Origin: Clostridia bacterium
Lineage (GTDB): Bacteria; Bacillota; Clostridia; Christensenellales; DTU072
Assembly: GCA_045601385.1 (NCBI GenBank)
Contig: JAZRZM010000009.1
Location: forward strand, 41,666 to 105,665
DNA length: 64,000 nucleotides
Direction: 5' to 3'
In this document: positions 52,519 to 61,710 of the stretch, one piece after another
How the letters are laid out: each line of letters begins with the position of its first letter
Numbering within the stretch: position 1 is the first letter of the stretch
The notes under the pieces: generated by a model
Told to the model about the DNA's origin: nothing
Database searches by the model: none
Seen by the model: only the letters and a program-made list of their open reading frames with translations
Made by a program: the position numbers and the translations under genes

Positions 52519-52556
52519 AAAAACCCGAAAAGACAAGTCCGTTTTTCGGGTTTTTT
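52519..52556. terminator. bidirectional rho-independent terminator
   Basis: 13-bp stem AAAAACCCGAAAA / TTTTCGGGTTTTT flanked by an A-run and a T-run. Lies between convergent genes. Confidence 0.8.
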
Positions 52557-52558
52557 CT

Positions 52559-53254
52559 TTATACAGAAATCATATCGCTGACGATCGACGGCAAAAGGCC
52601 GTGCGCTTTGTAGTAGGCGAGGATTTTCGGCAAAGCGCGGACTGTCTGTTCGGTCGGGTGCATCAGAATAAGGTCGCCGCCCGATACGTCCTGCGTCGCC
52701 CTTTTGTAGATCAGCGTTTCGTCCCGATCGCGCCAGTCGATGGTGTCCTTGCTCCACATGATCACTTTATAACCGTGCTTTTCGCAACAGTCCAGCGTTT
52801 CTTGCCCAAAACTGCCCGACGGCGGCGCGAAGAGGTCCATTTCGATACCCGTCACTTTGCGGACGAGTTCGTGGCATAGAATAAGTTCGTCCTCGTTGGC
52901 TTTTTTGCCGATCGTTTTGTGGTCGCGGTGCAGATAGCCGTGGTTGCCGATTTCCGCTTGCCGAGCCATTCTTTGCAATAAGGCGGTGTTTTTTTCCGCC
53001 CATACGCCGCCGATGAAAAAAGTGCACACGGCGTCGTTTTTATCCAGAATATCCAATATCTTTTCCACATACGCGCTTCCTTCGTATACGTTGATCATAA
53101 TTCCGACGCGGCTTGTTTCCGCCGTCCCTTTGTAGTAGGGACGGAACGCCGTTCTGTCTTCTTCCCCGCTTAAACAAAAGGCGGCGAGAATGCCGAGAAT
53201 GGATACGAGCAGGAGATTTGTTACCACGTTGGTTACGACCGTCTTTTTCTTCAT
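52559..53254 (-). CDS. polysaccharide deacetylase (CE4/NodB homology domain), membrane-anchored
   Basis: NodB motifs TFFIGGVW, IGNHGYLH, LFAPPSG, LILMH. N-terminal TM. Start placed at MKKKT (ATG 53254). Confidence 0.85.
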   Translation of the reverse strand: MKKKTVVTNVVTNLLLVSILGILAAFCLSGEEDRTAFRPYYKGTAETSRVGIMINVYEGSAYVEKILDILDKNDAVCTFFIGGVWAEKNTALLQRMARQAEIGNHGYLHRDHKTIGKKANEDELILCHELVRKVTGIEMDLFAPPSGSFGQETLDCCEKHGYKVIMWSKDTIDWRDRDETLIYKRATQDVSGGDLILMHPTEQTVRALPKILAYYKAHGLLPSIVSDMISV

Positions 53255-53379
53255 ACTTTCCAAGTATATGCGCAAAGATGGGAAAGAATGAACGTATAAA
53301 AAACTCTTAAACAAAACGTCCGAACGGCGGAAAGTTGACAAATTATAAAAAATATCCTATAATTTATATACTTATAAAT

Positions 53380-56202
53380 ATGAGGAAAAAAATATCTTTT
53401 CTTTTCTTTTTTGTTCTTATTCTGACCGTGCTGTCGCTCGGCGTCTCCTGTTCGGTGCAAAAAAGGGAAGAAGAAGTCGATTTTTCGGGGCAAGCGCAGA
53501 TTTTGTCGGCGGACGAGCCGAGGCCGCTTACCGATTCGGACGAGGTCATTAATATCGTTATTTTTATCTGTTTTGCCGACGAAGACGTGCGGCAGGTAAA
53601 CGGATCCATTCCCGCCGATATAGACAAGTCTTTTAACGGCGCGGAAAATTCGGTCGGCGACTACTATTCGGCGCTCAGTTACGGCGACTTTACGTTACGG
53701 ACGGTGTTCCCCGTCCTTTCCAACGGCAGTTTTGCCATTTATAAAGACGAACAAACCCGTTCTTATTACAATAACAACAAGAACGAAAGCGGCATGTCGC
53801 GGACAAAACCGGAAGGAAAACTGCTTGAAAATGCCGTCACGTTCGCCAATGCTTATTTTTCTTTCGGCAATATCGATATCGACAGCAACGACGACGGGTG
53901 CGTGGACTGTATTACTTTTCTTATCAGCGGTAATTACCACAACGACAGAGACCATTGGGGCAGGATCATGTGGCCGCATTCGTGGAGTTTCGGCGAAATA
54001 AACGCTTCGGCTACGCTGGGCGGCGTCGCCGTGAACCACTATACTTTTCAGTTTTTGGACGCTTTCGACTCGGACGGCTCTTTTACGAAAATAGGGCTTG
54101 CCTGTCACGAACTCGGTCACGCCGTCGGCGGCTTGCCCGATTTGTACCACTATAACCACGATACGTCCTATCTGCCCGTCGGGTATTGGGACCTGATGCA
54201 CCTCGACTGCGTTACGCCGCAGTTTATGACGACGTATATGCGGTGGAAGTATCTCGGTTTTGTCGGCGACGACCAGGTCGCGGAGATGACGAAAAGCGGC
54301 AGGTACGAATTGACGCCGACTACCGTCACAAGCCGATCGAAGCCGCTTGCTTACCGTATCACCGTCAGCGAGACAGAGAGTATTTGGATCGAGTATCGGC
54401 GAAAAGACGTCTCCGTTTACGACAAGGATTTGCCCGGGAGCGGCTTGCTCGTTTATCGCGTCAATACGTCTGCGACGCTCGGCAATCAGAACGCGAAGCA
54501 TCACAGCGTCCTTTTCCCCGAAGAACTGTTCGTGTATCGTCCCTCTCTTGCGACGCAAAAGACGGGTACGGAGAAAGAAAAAGAGAATTTGAGTTACGCT
54601 TACGTCAGTCTCGACAATCAATATTTTTCCCACCTCGGCGACAGCGTAGCGACGGGCAATTACGATTCGAAATGTATCTATCTGACCAACGGCAAAAACA
54701 CCGGCATCGTCATTACGGTGGAGGAAGAAAATACCGAACACGCCGTCTTTAACGTTGCGCTCGGCAAGTACGACGCAAGCGAAATCGAGTCGGCGTACGT
54801 CCTTGGCAAGGACCTCGACGGCAACGATACGAAAAATCGGCACGATATGTACCTCGGCGAAAGTTTGAATATAAAACTGTACGTAAAATACCGTACCCGT
54901 TCGGTCCCGATCCGAATCACCGATTTTGAGACGCAGACGGAGGACCTGACCGTGCCGAACGAAACGGGTTCCACCGCGTACGTGACGTTTACCGACGAAT
55001 ACGGCTCGACGTATAAGTATCCGTTTACGTTGCGGGTGTTTGACAAAATGCTCCCCGAGACGGCGCGGATTATTTCGTATCCGACAAAAACGTCGTACGT
55101 CGTAGGCGAGACCTTTTCGCCGGACGGGCTGTCTTTGCAGGTCACTTTCTTTTCGGGCGAAAAGCGTGAAATCGCGTATTCGGCAAAAACGGCTACCTTT
55201 TGGCATATTGTGGGATACGATACTTCAAAAAGTGGGACGTACACCGTCTTTGTGACATACGACGGAACAGTCTCCGTGTCGTTCCCCGTTGTCGTAAAAA
55301 CGAATCTTGTTTCGATGCGGATCGACGAAAAGAACACAAACCACATCCGCACGCCCGACCACGAACCGGTCTTTCGGGTGATCGGTTTATACGCCGACGG
55401 AATGGAATATCCGCTCGAAAGAGGCGAGTACAATATACTGCCGTACAATACCGCGAAAGCATACGTAAGCATACCCGTCACGCTCTGCGTCGACGACATA
55501 TTTTGCGAAACGTACGTCTATAACGCGACGAGCCCGATTACGTCGATGTCAATCGTGACGCCGCCGAAAACGACGTATCGCTACGGAGAGGCGCTTTCTC
55601 TTTCGGACGGACGTATGCAGGTTTCGTTCGAGAACGGTTTTTCCCTTGACGGAGAACAGGCAATGCCGCTTGATAATTATTACGACCTTTTTGCCGCTCG
55701 GTATTCGCCGATAAAGGTCGGCAAACAGACTCTTTCCTTTTCGTATGAAAAAGCCGCCGCTTCGATGACGGTTTCCGTTCAGCCGTCGGCAAACGATTTG
55801 CTTTTGTCGTCGGATGAGTCGATACGGATCAACGAACAGCAAAAAAGCGTTTTGCTTTTTGCCGACAGCACGTTGAGCGTACCGGAGAACGGGTTGAAAA
55901 GTTATTTGTCGCTGTCGTTTGTCTATCGCGAGTGTGAAATGACGAGTCGGACGTACGGCGATTTTATCGGGGACGGGTTTACGCTTGTATTGAAAAACGC
56001 CGACGGCGTCGCCATCTGCGAATATGCCGTCGTCAGAGTCGGAGATACCGACGGGGACGGCGTCCTGACGACGTCGGACGTACAAAATTTGTCGGAAAAA
56101 CTGCTTGAAGGAAGCGGCGACTATACCGCGGACGTGACGGGGGACGGCTTGTTTACGCTGACCGATCTTATTTTGCTTGCCGAAAGCGCGGAGGGAAAAT
56201 GA
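53380..56202 (+). CDS. secreted M6 (immune inhibitor A-like) metalloprotease with three Ig-like modules and a C-terminal dockerin
   Basis: Signal peptide. HELGHAVGGLPDLY zinc site (54106 onward). Repeated Big_3-like modules. Type-I dockerin duplicate DTDGDGVLTTSD ... DVTGDGLFTLTD (about 56038-56190). Confidence 0.85.
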   Translation: MRKKISFLFFFVLILTVLSLGVSCSVQKREEEVDFSGQAQILSADEPRPLTDSDEVINIVIFICFADEDVRQVNGSIPADIDKSFNGAENSVGDYYSALSYGDFTLRTVFPVLSNGSFAIYKDEQTRSYYNNNKNESGMSRTKPEGKLLENAVTFANAYFSFGNIDIDSNDDGCVDCITFLISGNYHNDRDHWGRIMWPHSWSFGEINASATLGGVAVNHYTFQFLDAFDSDGSFTKIGLACHELGHAVGGLPDLYHYNHDTSYLPVGYWDLMHLDCVTPQFMTTYMRWKYLGFVGDDQVAEMTKSGRYELTPTTVTSRSKPLAYRITVSETESIWIEYRRKDVSVYDKDLPGSGLLVYRVNTSATLGNQNAKHHSVLFPEELFVYRPSLATQKTGTEKEKENLSYAYVSLDNQYFSHLGDSVATGNYDSKCIYLTNGKNTGIVITVEEENTEHAVFNVALGKYDASEIESAYVLGKDLDGNDTKNRHDMYLGESLNIKLYVKYRTRSVPIRITDFETQTEDLTVPNETGSTAYVTFTDEYGSTYKYPFTLRVFDKMLPETARIISYPTKTSYVVGETFSPDGLSLQVTFFSGEKREIAYSAKTATFWHIVGYDTSKSGTYTVFVTYDGTVSVSFPVVVKTNLVSMRIDEKNTNHIRTPDHEPVFRVIGLYADGMEYPLERGEYNILPYNTAKAYVSIPVTLCVDDIFCETYVYNATSPITSMSIVTPPKTTYRYGEALSLSDGRMQVSFENGFSLDGEQAMPLDNYYDLFAARYSPIKVGKQTLSFSYEKAAASMTVSVQPSANDLLLSSDESIRINEQQKSVLLFADSTLSVPENGLKSYLSLSFVYRECEMTSRTYGDFIGDGFTLVLKNADGVAICEYAVVRVGDTDGDGVLTTSDVQNLSEKLLEGSGDYTADVTGDGLFTLTDLILLAESAEGK

Positions 56203-56930
56203 GAAGAAGAATAGTATTGGCGATGTGTCTTCTTTGCGTTTATTCCGCGTTGCTTTTGGGGTGCGAACCGCCGTCGGACGGAGAACCCGTTTCCGTCGAG
56301 TTTGTCCCCGACTGCTTGCCGCATGCCTATTTTGTGGACGACGAAAGCGACTTTTCGCAGGCGTACCTTCTCGTGACGTATTCGGGTGGAAAAACGGAGA
56401 CGATCGCGTGCGAGGAGCGTTGGATCGACGGATTCGATACCGTGACCACGGGCGAAAAAGAGTTGTTTGCGACGTACAATAATTTGAAGACGAGCGGCTA
56501 TCCTTACCGCGTCTATATGAAGAATCATCCCGAACGGGAAGTCGTCACGTCCACGCGGCTTGAAATATACGTCGGTGAACGGGAAAAATATGCCGAGTAT
56601 CTGCTTGCTTTGACTTCCTGCGACATAGAGTCCGATATATACGGCGTATGTTTTACCGTGCGTACAGAAGGGCTCGTCCTGTCGGACGACCTTGCCGAAG
56701 TCGCGGTAGAGCCCGATTATTTTTTGCTGAACGTTACTTGCGTGCGAAAATCGGACGACTCTTTTGCCGTCGTTATGTATTCGCCGAAGATCGGATTTGC
56801 CAACAGCCTTTTTGCCTCGATTCGGTTCGAGGGGAAAAAACCGTCCGCCGTTTCGATCGTCAACGTGACCGTCAGCGACAAGACGCGCGATTTGTATTTG
56901 CCCGACGCCGAATGCGCCGCGGAGGAATGA
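56199..56930 (+). CDS. lipoprotein with N-terminal Ig-like module and beta-rich C-terminal domain
   Basis: Lipobox LLGC. ATGA overlap with the protease gene. N-terminal module resembles the protease Ig-like modules (LLVTYSGGKTETI...GFDT.TTGEKELFATY). Confidence 0.7.
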   Translation: MRRRIVLAMCLLCVYSALLLGCEPPSDGEPVSVEFVPDCLPHAYFVDDESDFSQAYLLVTYSGGKTETIACEERWIDGFDTVTTGEKELFATYNNLKTSGYPYRVYMKNHPEREVVTSTRLEIYVGEREKYAEYLLALTSCDIESDIYGVCFTVRTEGLVLSDDLAEVAVEPDYFLLNVTCVRKSDDSFAVVMYSPKIGFANSLFASIRFEGKKPSAVSIVNVTVSDKTRDLYLPDAECAAEE

Positions 56931-58642
56931 AAATGAATAAGAAGTTCAGATTAACCAAAAAAGAGCGAAAACTCGATCCGTGCGTCGAGAGCGGAAAGGA
57001 CTACATCGCTTTCGACCGCTACGAAGCGTACGCCGGGACGGATATCCCTTTGCGTTCTTCTCCGGGTATGAAAAGGATTCTTTCACCGAAAGATATCTGG
57101 GAGGATTTTGATTCCGAAAAAAGCGATATAAGGATTCTGACAAAGAGCATTTGGGGACCGCAATCGACGTATGTTATCGAAATCGAACCGTCTCATACCG
57201 TGACCGTGCTGACCTTTTGCGAACAGCGTGAAACGCGCCGCGCCGTTCTGTATATCTGCCCCGAGGGCACTCTTTTTCAACGGGACGCGGTGCAAAAACT
57301 GATAGAAGAGGGCTTTCTTGTCTGCGTCGCGGACGTATGCGGCGTTTTTCCCGATACGGCGACTTCCTTGCCCGTCTTTTCCGACGATGACGACGAACCG
57401 CGGAAGACGAAAGCCTATTTGTATACGAAAGTATACAGGCGTGTGATTGCTTTCTTAAAAAAGGAGTTTTCATTGTCCGAGGTCGCTTGCCTCGGCGTCG
57501 GAGACGGCGTTGAATACGCCATGCGCCTTGGCGGCATCGACGACAACGTATGCGGCGTAGGCTGCCTGTGCGCGGGCGGCTATCCCGAACTGTCGGGACA
57601 GGATGTCGAGACCGATTTTGACAGAGAGATAGACGAAAAAACGCAAAAGCGTATCGCGGCTTTGTCGGGTGTGTCCTATTTGCGGTATCGAAAACCGCCC
57701 GTATTCGTCGGTATCGGCACGAACGGTACAAAAAGCGACGTCGGCAGAATGCGCGCCTTGTCCGCGCTTGTCGGGAAAGACAGGTTCCGTCTGTGCCTTG
57801 CAAACGGTTTTGTCGATAACGTGGACGGAAAGGTCTTCGCTTCGTTCCTGCTTTGGCTCCGACTGTTGTTTCTTCAATCGGCAATGCCGACTTTACCCGA
57901 GGTTTCGTTTGACGTCAAGAAAGACGGTATCGTGTACGCCACTGTCCGTTGCGACGGAACAAGTTCGATAAAATCGGTCGATTTGTACTATTCGACCGAC
58001 GAGGGCAATCACTCGGTTCGGTCGTGGGCGAAAATAACGTGCGAAACGATCGACGTCGATCAGTATATCGGCATGGTGCCCGTCTATCGCGAGGAAGAAA
58101 AAATCTTTTTTTACGCCGACGTGACGTACGAGAACGGCACCTATCTTTCCGGTTTGCCCGAAAAAACCGATCTTGCCGGCGAACGCGTCGCCTGTTCCGT
58201 CAAAGAACCGTCGTTCGTCTTTTCTTTCGGCAAAGAAGACGACCGCTTTAACGAGTGTAACGCCGACGCGCCCGTTCTTCTGAAAAACGGCATCGAGCAC
58301 TACACCGTTTCGTCCGGCTCGGAAGGAATCGTCTGCTATCGGGGCAGTATGATTATTTTCCTCGGAAACGTGACCGAATCGGTCAAGGAAAACAAAATTC
58401 TGCAAATAGATAACTTTTCGGAAGAAAAAGAATATTTTTTGACGGTAAGCGTATTGGATAAAAACATGTGCAAGTATACCGCAAGAGTCTATAACAGGAC
58501 GAACGTAACGTTTGAAACGGCGCAACTGACCTGCTCCGACTTCAAGGACGAGAAGTATCGGCCTTTGAAAAACTGGAAAGACGTACGCGCGTTATTGATC
58601 GAGAGTAAAGACGTCGTTATCGGCAAATTGCTTTTCGTATAA
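56927..58642 (+). CDS. hypothetical protein (571 aa)
   Basis: ATGA overlap with the upstream stop and a GGAGG RBS. No confidently recognised catalytic motif. Confidence 0.65.
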   Translation: MKMNKKFRLTKKERKLDPCVESGKDYIAFDRYEAYAGTDIPLRSSPGMKRILSPKDIWEDFDSEKSDIRILTKSIWGPQSTYVIEIEPSHTVTVLTFCEQRETRRAVLYICPEGTLFQRDAVQKLIEEGFLVCVADVCGVFPDTATSLPVFSDDDDEPRKTKAYLYTKVYRRVIAFLKKEFSLSEVACLGVGDGVEYAMRLGGIDDNVCGVGCLCAGGYPELSGQDVETDFDREIDEKTQKRIAALSGVSYLRYRKPPVFVGIGTNGTKSDVGRMRALSALVGKDRFRLCLANGFVDNVDGKVFASFLLWLRLLFLQSAMPTLPEVSFDVKKDGIVYATVRCDGTSSIKSVDLYYSTDEGNHSVRSWAKITCETIDVDQYIGMVPVYREEEKIFFYADVTYENGTYLSGLPEKTDLAGERVACSVKEPSFVFSFGKEDDRFNECNADAPVLLKNGIEHYTVSSGSEGIVCYRGSMIIFLGNVTESVKENKILQIDNFSEEKEYFLTVSVLDKNMCKYTARVYNRTNVTFETAQLTCSDFKDEKYRPLKNWKDVRALLIESKDVVIGKLLFV

Positions 58643-58660
58643 AAAGGAGTGAAGTGAAAA

Positions 58661-59260
58661 ATGGAACAAGTCAATCGGGAAGAATCGCTTGACAAAAAAA
58701 TTCAAATGCGAAAATCGGTACGGAATCTCGTCGTATTGATTTTGCTTTTTTGCGTCGTCGCCGGATTTTCTTTTTATATCGGCAGGACCTTTTTCGAGAC
58801 GTGGCCGATCAGCGGCTCTTCGATGGAACCGACTCTGCACGACGCGGACAAGGTCGTCCTTGTCAAGCAGGAACACTACAAAACGGACGACGTCGTGATT
58901 TTTCTTGTGCAAAACGCCGATTCTTATTTGGATACTTATAACGAAAAGTACCTCGTCAAGCGCATTATCGCCAAAGGCGGCGACACCGTGGAGATTCGGT
59001 ACAGCGCGGTTGACGGCGCTTTTCACGTTTATCGGAACGGCGAAGTCGTGGACGAAAGCAAGATAAACGAGCCGATCACCCGAAGCTATTCCGAAATGCC
59101 GCCGACCAAAGTGCCGGAGGGAAAACTCTTTGTACTCGGAGATAACAGGAACAATTCCAGCGACAGCCACCATATCGGATTTTTTGCCGACGAAAATATG
59201 GTTGTCGGTAAGGTTTTTTTCCGATATACCTCGATAGGGGATTGCAATTTCGTGAAATAA
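58661..59260 (+). CDS. lepB: signal peptidase I (S26 family)
   Basis: Catalytic Ser box ISGSSMEPTL, Lys box VKRIIAKGGDTV, and GDNRNNSSDSH. N-terminal TM. Confidence 0.92.
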   Translation: MEQVNREESLDKKIQMRKSVRNLVVLILLFCVVAGFSFYIGRTFFETWPISGSSMEPTLHDADKVVLVKQEHYKTDDVVIFLVQNADSYLDTYNEKYLVKRIIAKGGDTVEIRYSAVDGAFHVYRNGEVVDESKINEPITRSYSEMPPTKVPEGKLFVLGDNRNNSSDSHHIGFFADENMVVGKVFFRYTSIGDCNFVK

Positions 59261-59274
59261 GGAGAAAAACAGAT

Positions 59275-59913
59275 ATGAAAAAATTAACGGAAGGAAGGTT
59301 GTTTTTGGTTGCGTTTTTAATGAATCTCGCCATATTTTCCGGCGAGGCGGTCGGGTTTGGCTTTTCGATTTCCGAAATGGGGACGAACCTTTTTGTCTAC
59401 TATACCGAATTGAGTAACATTCTCGCTTTGATCGCTTCGGGCGCGTATTGCGTCAGCTCGGTTATGGCTTTGACGCGCGGCTGCTGTATGCCTTTTTGGG
59501 TGCACGTACTGCGGTATGTCGCCAACGCCGCCGTTACGCTGACCATGCTCGTCGTTCTTTTCGTGTTGATCCCCACGCTCGGCGATCCGCTATGGCTTCT
59601 TTTTTCCGGTTCGATGCTCTTTCATCATACCCTTTGCCCCATCCTTTCCGTCCTTTCGTTCCTTTTGTTTGAAAAAGAACACAGTCGGAATCTGAAAATG
59701 AAACACACCTTATATGCGATGATTTTTACCGCGGTATACGGGATCGTATTCATTATTCTCAATATTTGCAAAGCGTTCGTCGGTCCGTATCCGTTCTTGC
59801 ACGTATACGAGCAGCCCGTCTATATGTCGGTGGTTTGGTGCGTCGTCATATTCGGAGGCGCATACCTTATCTGCTTCTTGACGTATCTCGGCAATAAGAA
59901 AATAAGAATTTAG
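59275..59913 (+). CDS. integral membrane protein of unknown function
   Basis: About six hydrophobic spans. ATG follows AAGGAG. Confidence 0.65.
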   Translation: MKKLTEGRLFLVAFLMNLAIFSGEAVGFGFSISEMGTNLFVYYTELSNILALIASGAYCVSSVMALTRGCCMPFWVHVLRYVANAAVTLTMLVVLFVLIPTLGDPLWLLFSGSMLFHHTLCPILSVLSFLLFEKEHSRNLKMKHTLYAMIFTAVYGIVFIILNICKAFVGPYPFLHVYEQPVYMSVVWCVVIFGGAYLICFLTYLGNKKIRI

Positions 59914-59915
59914 GA

Positions 59916-60230
59916 TTATAAAAATTTTATATCGTAAATGTCGTCGAAAAAGATTTTTCCGTCGCCGATTTTCAGATAGGCGAAAGGCACGCTGATTTCC
60001 GTCACCGTCCCGGTCGCGGCGAAGTAGTGTCCGCCCGAAAAGAACGTGATTTCCGCTTCCGAGCCTTTTTCGACTTTGCATAGCAGCGCGGACAGTTCTT
60101 TTTCACGCGTTTCGCTGAGGATTTTTTTCTCGACGCGCGCATGCTTTTCTTCCCGTTTGCGCAGTTCTTCCTGCAAGCCTTTGAGTGCGTCGAACGGCGC
60201 GAACTGTTTGGCTCGGTCTTCTCTATTCAC
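59916..60230 (-). CDS. YolD-like protein
   Basis: 104 aa. FAPFDALKGLQEEL N-terminal motif and a beta-rich C-terminus, typical of the YolD partners of Y-family polymerases. 8-nt overlap with the polymerase gene. Confidence 0.75.
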   Translation of the reverse strand: MNREDRAKQFAPFDALKGLQEELRKREEKHARVEKKILSETREKELSALLCKVEKGSEAEITFFSGGHYFAATGTVTEISVPFAYLKIGDGKIFFDDIYDIKFL

Positions 60231-61482
60231 CGTTGTGCCCTCCGATCAGCGTATTGCGTATTTTTGTCGTGCCTTCGCTCGTCAGGTCGATGCCGCGGAG
60301 CATGGCGTTTTTGCCGAACTTGTCTTTCAGGGCGAGGACGGCGTTTTCGATCTTTTTTTCTTTTTCCACCTTTTTTACGTCGGTAAACAAATCGAATCCC
60401 TCCATACTATCGTCGGAAAGGTGGGAAAACTCGATTCCCAGCCTGCGTATCGGCAGATCTTTTTCGGTCGTTTCTTCATACAGTCTCTTGACGTACGGAT
60501 AGACGACGGAAAAAGCGTTCGTCGTTTCCGTCATGTGGGCGTTTCCGCCCGTGGGGGGATAAACGTCGCTCGAATAGCCGACAAAGATGCCGACGTGGGA
60601 AGCGACCTGTTTTCTTTTCATCAATTCCTGACAGCCTGTCAGACACATTTCTTCGAGGACGACGGACGCTTTTTCGTAGGTGTAGTCTTCAAAAAGTATC
60701 TGCGAATTGGAGATGGACTTCGACTTGCTTTTGTAGTGTTTGATGTCGTACATCGTGCACGGTTCGCGTCCGTATGCGTGGTCAATAAGGATTTCGGCAT
60801 TGATCCCGAACGTTTTATACAGTACGTCTTCGGGCAGGGCGGCGATTTGGCGCATGGTCGTGACGCCGTATTTGGCAAGACGGTTCACGGTGCCACGGGA
60901 TATTTGCCAGAAGTCGGTGAGGGGCTTGTGATCCCACAAAGTCGCCCGGTACGTCTCTTCGTCCAGAAAGCCGATGTGATCGGGCGCGTGTTTTGCGGTG
61001 ATATCGAGCGCGATTTTCGCAAGGTACAGATTCGTGCCGATACCGGCGGTGGCGGGAATATGCGTTTTTGCGGCGATTTCTTTCAAAAGCGTCCTCGCAA
61101 AGGACTTCGGATCGGTCTTGTATATTTTCAGATAGTCCGTCACGTCCAAAAAAGCCTCGTCGATGGAATAGACGTGTATATCTTCGGGCGCGATATAATC
61201 GAGATACGTCTCGTATATGTCGGCGGCGTATTCGATGTACTTTTTCATGCGCGGCTTGGCAATAATGTAGTCCATGTTTTGCGGAATCTCAAACAAACGA
61301 CAGCGGTTTTTCACGCCGAGGGACTTCATCTTCGGAGAAACGGCAAGGCAAATCGCGCCCCGACCGCGTTTTTCGTCGGCGACGACAAGATTCGTTTCAA
61401 ACGGATTCAGCCCCCGTTCGGCACATTCGACCGAGGCGAAAAAGGATTTCATATCGATGCAGAAAAAGACGCTTTGTTTCAT
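60223..61482 (-). CDS. Y-family DNA polymerase (UvrX/UmuC/ImpB-like)
   Basis: FFCIDMKSFFASVE and SIDEAFLDVT catalytic motifs. Start set at the second ATG (61482) because ATG 61512 lies inside the predicted TGcTATAAT -10 element (61509-61501). Confidence 0.85.
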   Translation of the reverse strand: MKQSVFFCIDMKSFFASVECAERGLNPFETNLVVADEKRGRGAICLAVSPKMKSLGVKNRCRLFEIPQNMDYIIAKPRMKKYIEYAADIYETYLDYIAPEDIHVYSIDEAFLDVTDYLKIYKTDPKSFARTLLKEIAAKTHIPATAGIGTNLYLAKIALDITAKHAPDHIGFLDEETYRATLWDHKPLTDFWQISRGTVNRLAKYGVTTMRQIAALPEDVLYKTFGINAEILIDHAYGREPCTMYDIKHYKSKSKSISNSQILFEDYTYEKASVVLEEMCLTGCQELMKRKQVASHVGIFVGYSSDVYPPTGGNAHMTETTNAFSVVYPYVKRLYEETTEKDLPIRRLGIEFSHLSDDSMEGFDLFTDVKKVEKEKKIENAVLALKDKFGKNAMLRGIDLTSEGTTKIRNTLIGGHNGE

Positions 61483-61559
61483 ATCCGAGGGCTCTGTAAA
61501 ATTATAGCACATTTTCGGGAAAGTCAGACAATGTTTGGGAATTTTTTTGGGAAAAGAGT

Positions 61560-61588
61560 TTGACTTTTTTTTGCGCGAAACGTATAAT
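61560..61588 (+). promoter_or_regulatory. consensus sigma-70 promoter of the mgtE transcription unit
   Basis: TTGACT (61560-61565), 17-nt spacer, TATAAT (61583-61588). Predicts a ~200-nt leader. Confidence 0.7.
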
Positions 61589-61623
61589 GGAATAAAAATA
61601 AATTTTTATAAGGAGGTAGACAA

Positions 61624-61710
61624 ATGGAATCCGCAAGTAGTACGGGCACAGACGGCAGTTGTTTAAGCGACGTTCCTTTGCAGACGACGTTTGTTGCCTT
61701 GCGTTTTTGA
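61624..61710 (+). CDS. candidate 28-codon leader ORF in the mgtE 5' leader
   Basis: AAGGAGG (61610-61616), 7 nt, then ATG. Encodes MESASSTGTDGSCLSDVPLQTTFVALRF, stop TGA 61708-61710. No homology evidence. Confidence 0.35.
   Translation: MESASSTGTDGSCLSDVPLQTTFVALRF

Noticed and set aside
56927-58642. Alpha/beta-hydrolase (acetyl-xylan-esterase or dienelactone-hydrolase-like) assignment for the 571-aa protein
   Set aside because: A region (LYICPEG...VCVADVCG...CLGVGDGVEYAM) has hydrolase-like spacing, but no G-x-S-x-G nucleophile elbow or catalytic His/Asp could be identified. It is left as hypothetical.
61483-61560. LexA/Cheo box in front of the Y-family polymerase
   Set aside because: No GAAC-N4-GTTC palindrome is present. 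The best candidate, CGAAAATGTGCT, matches only the first half-site.
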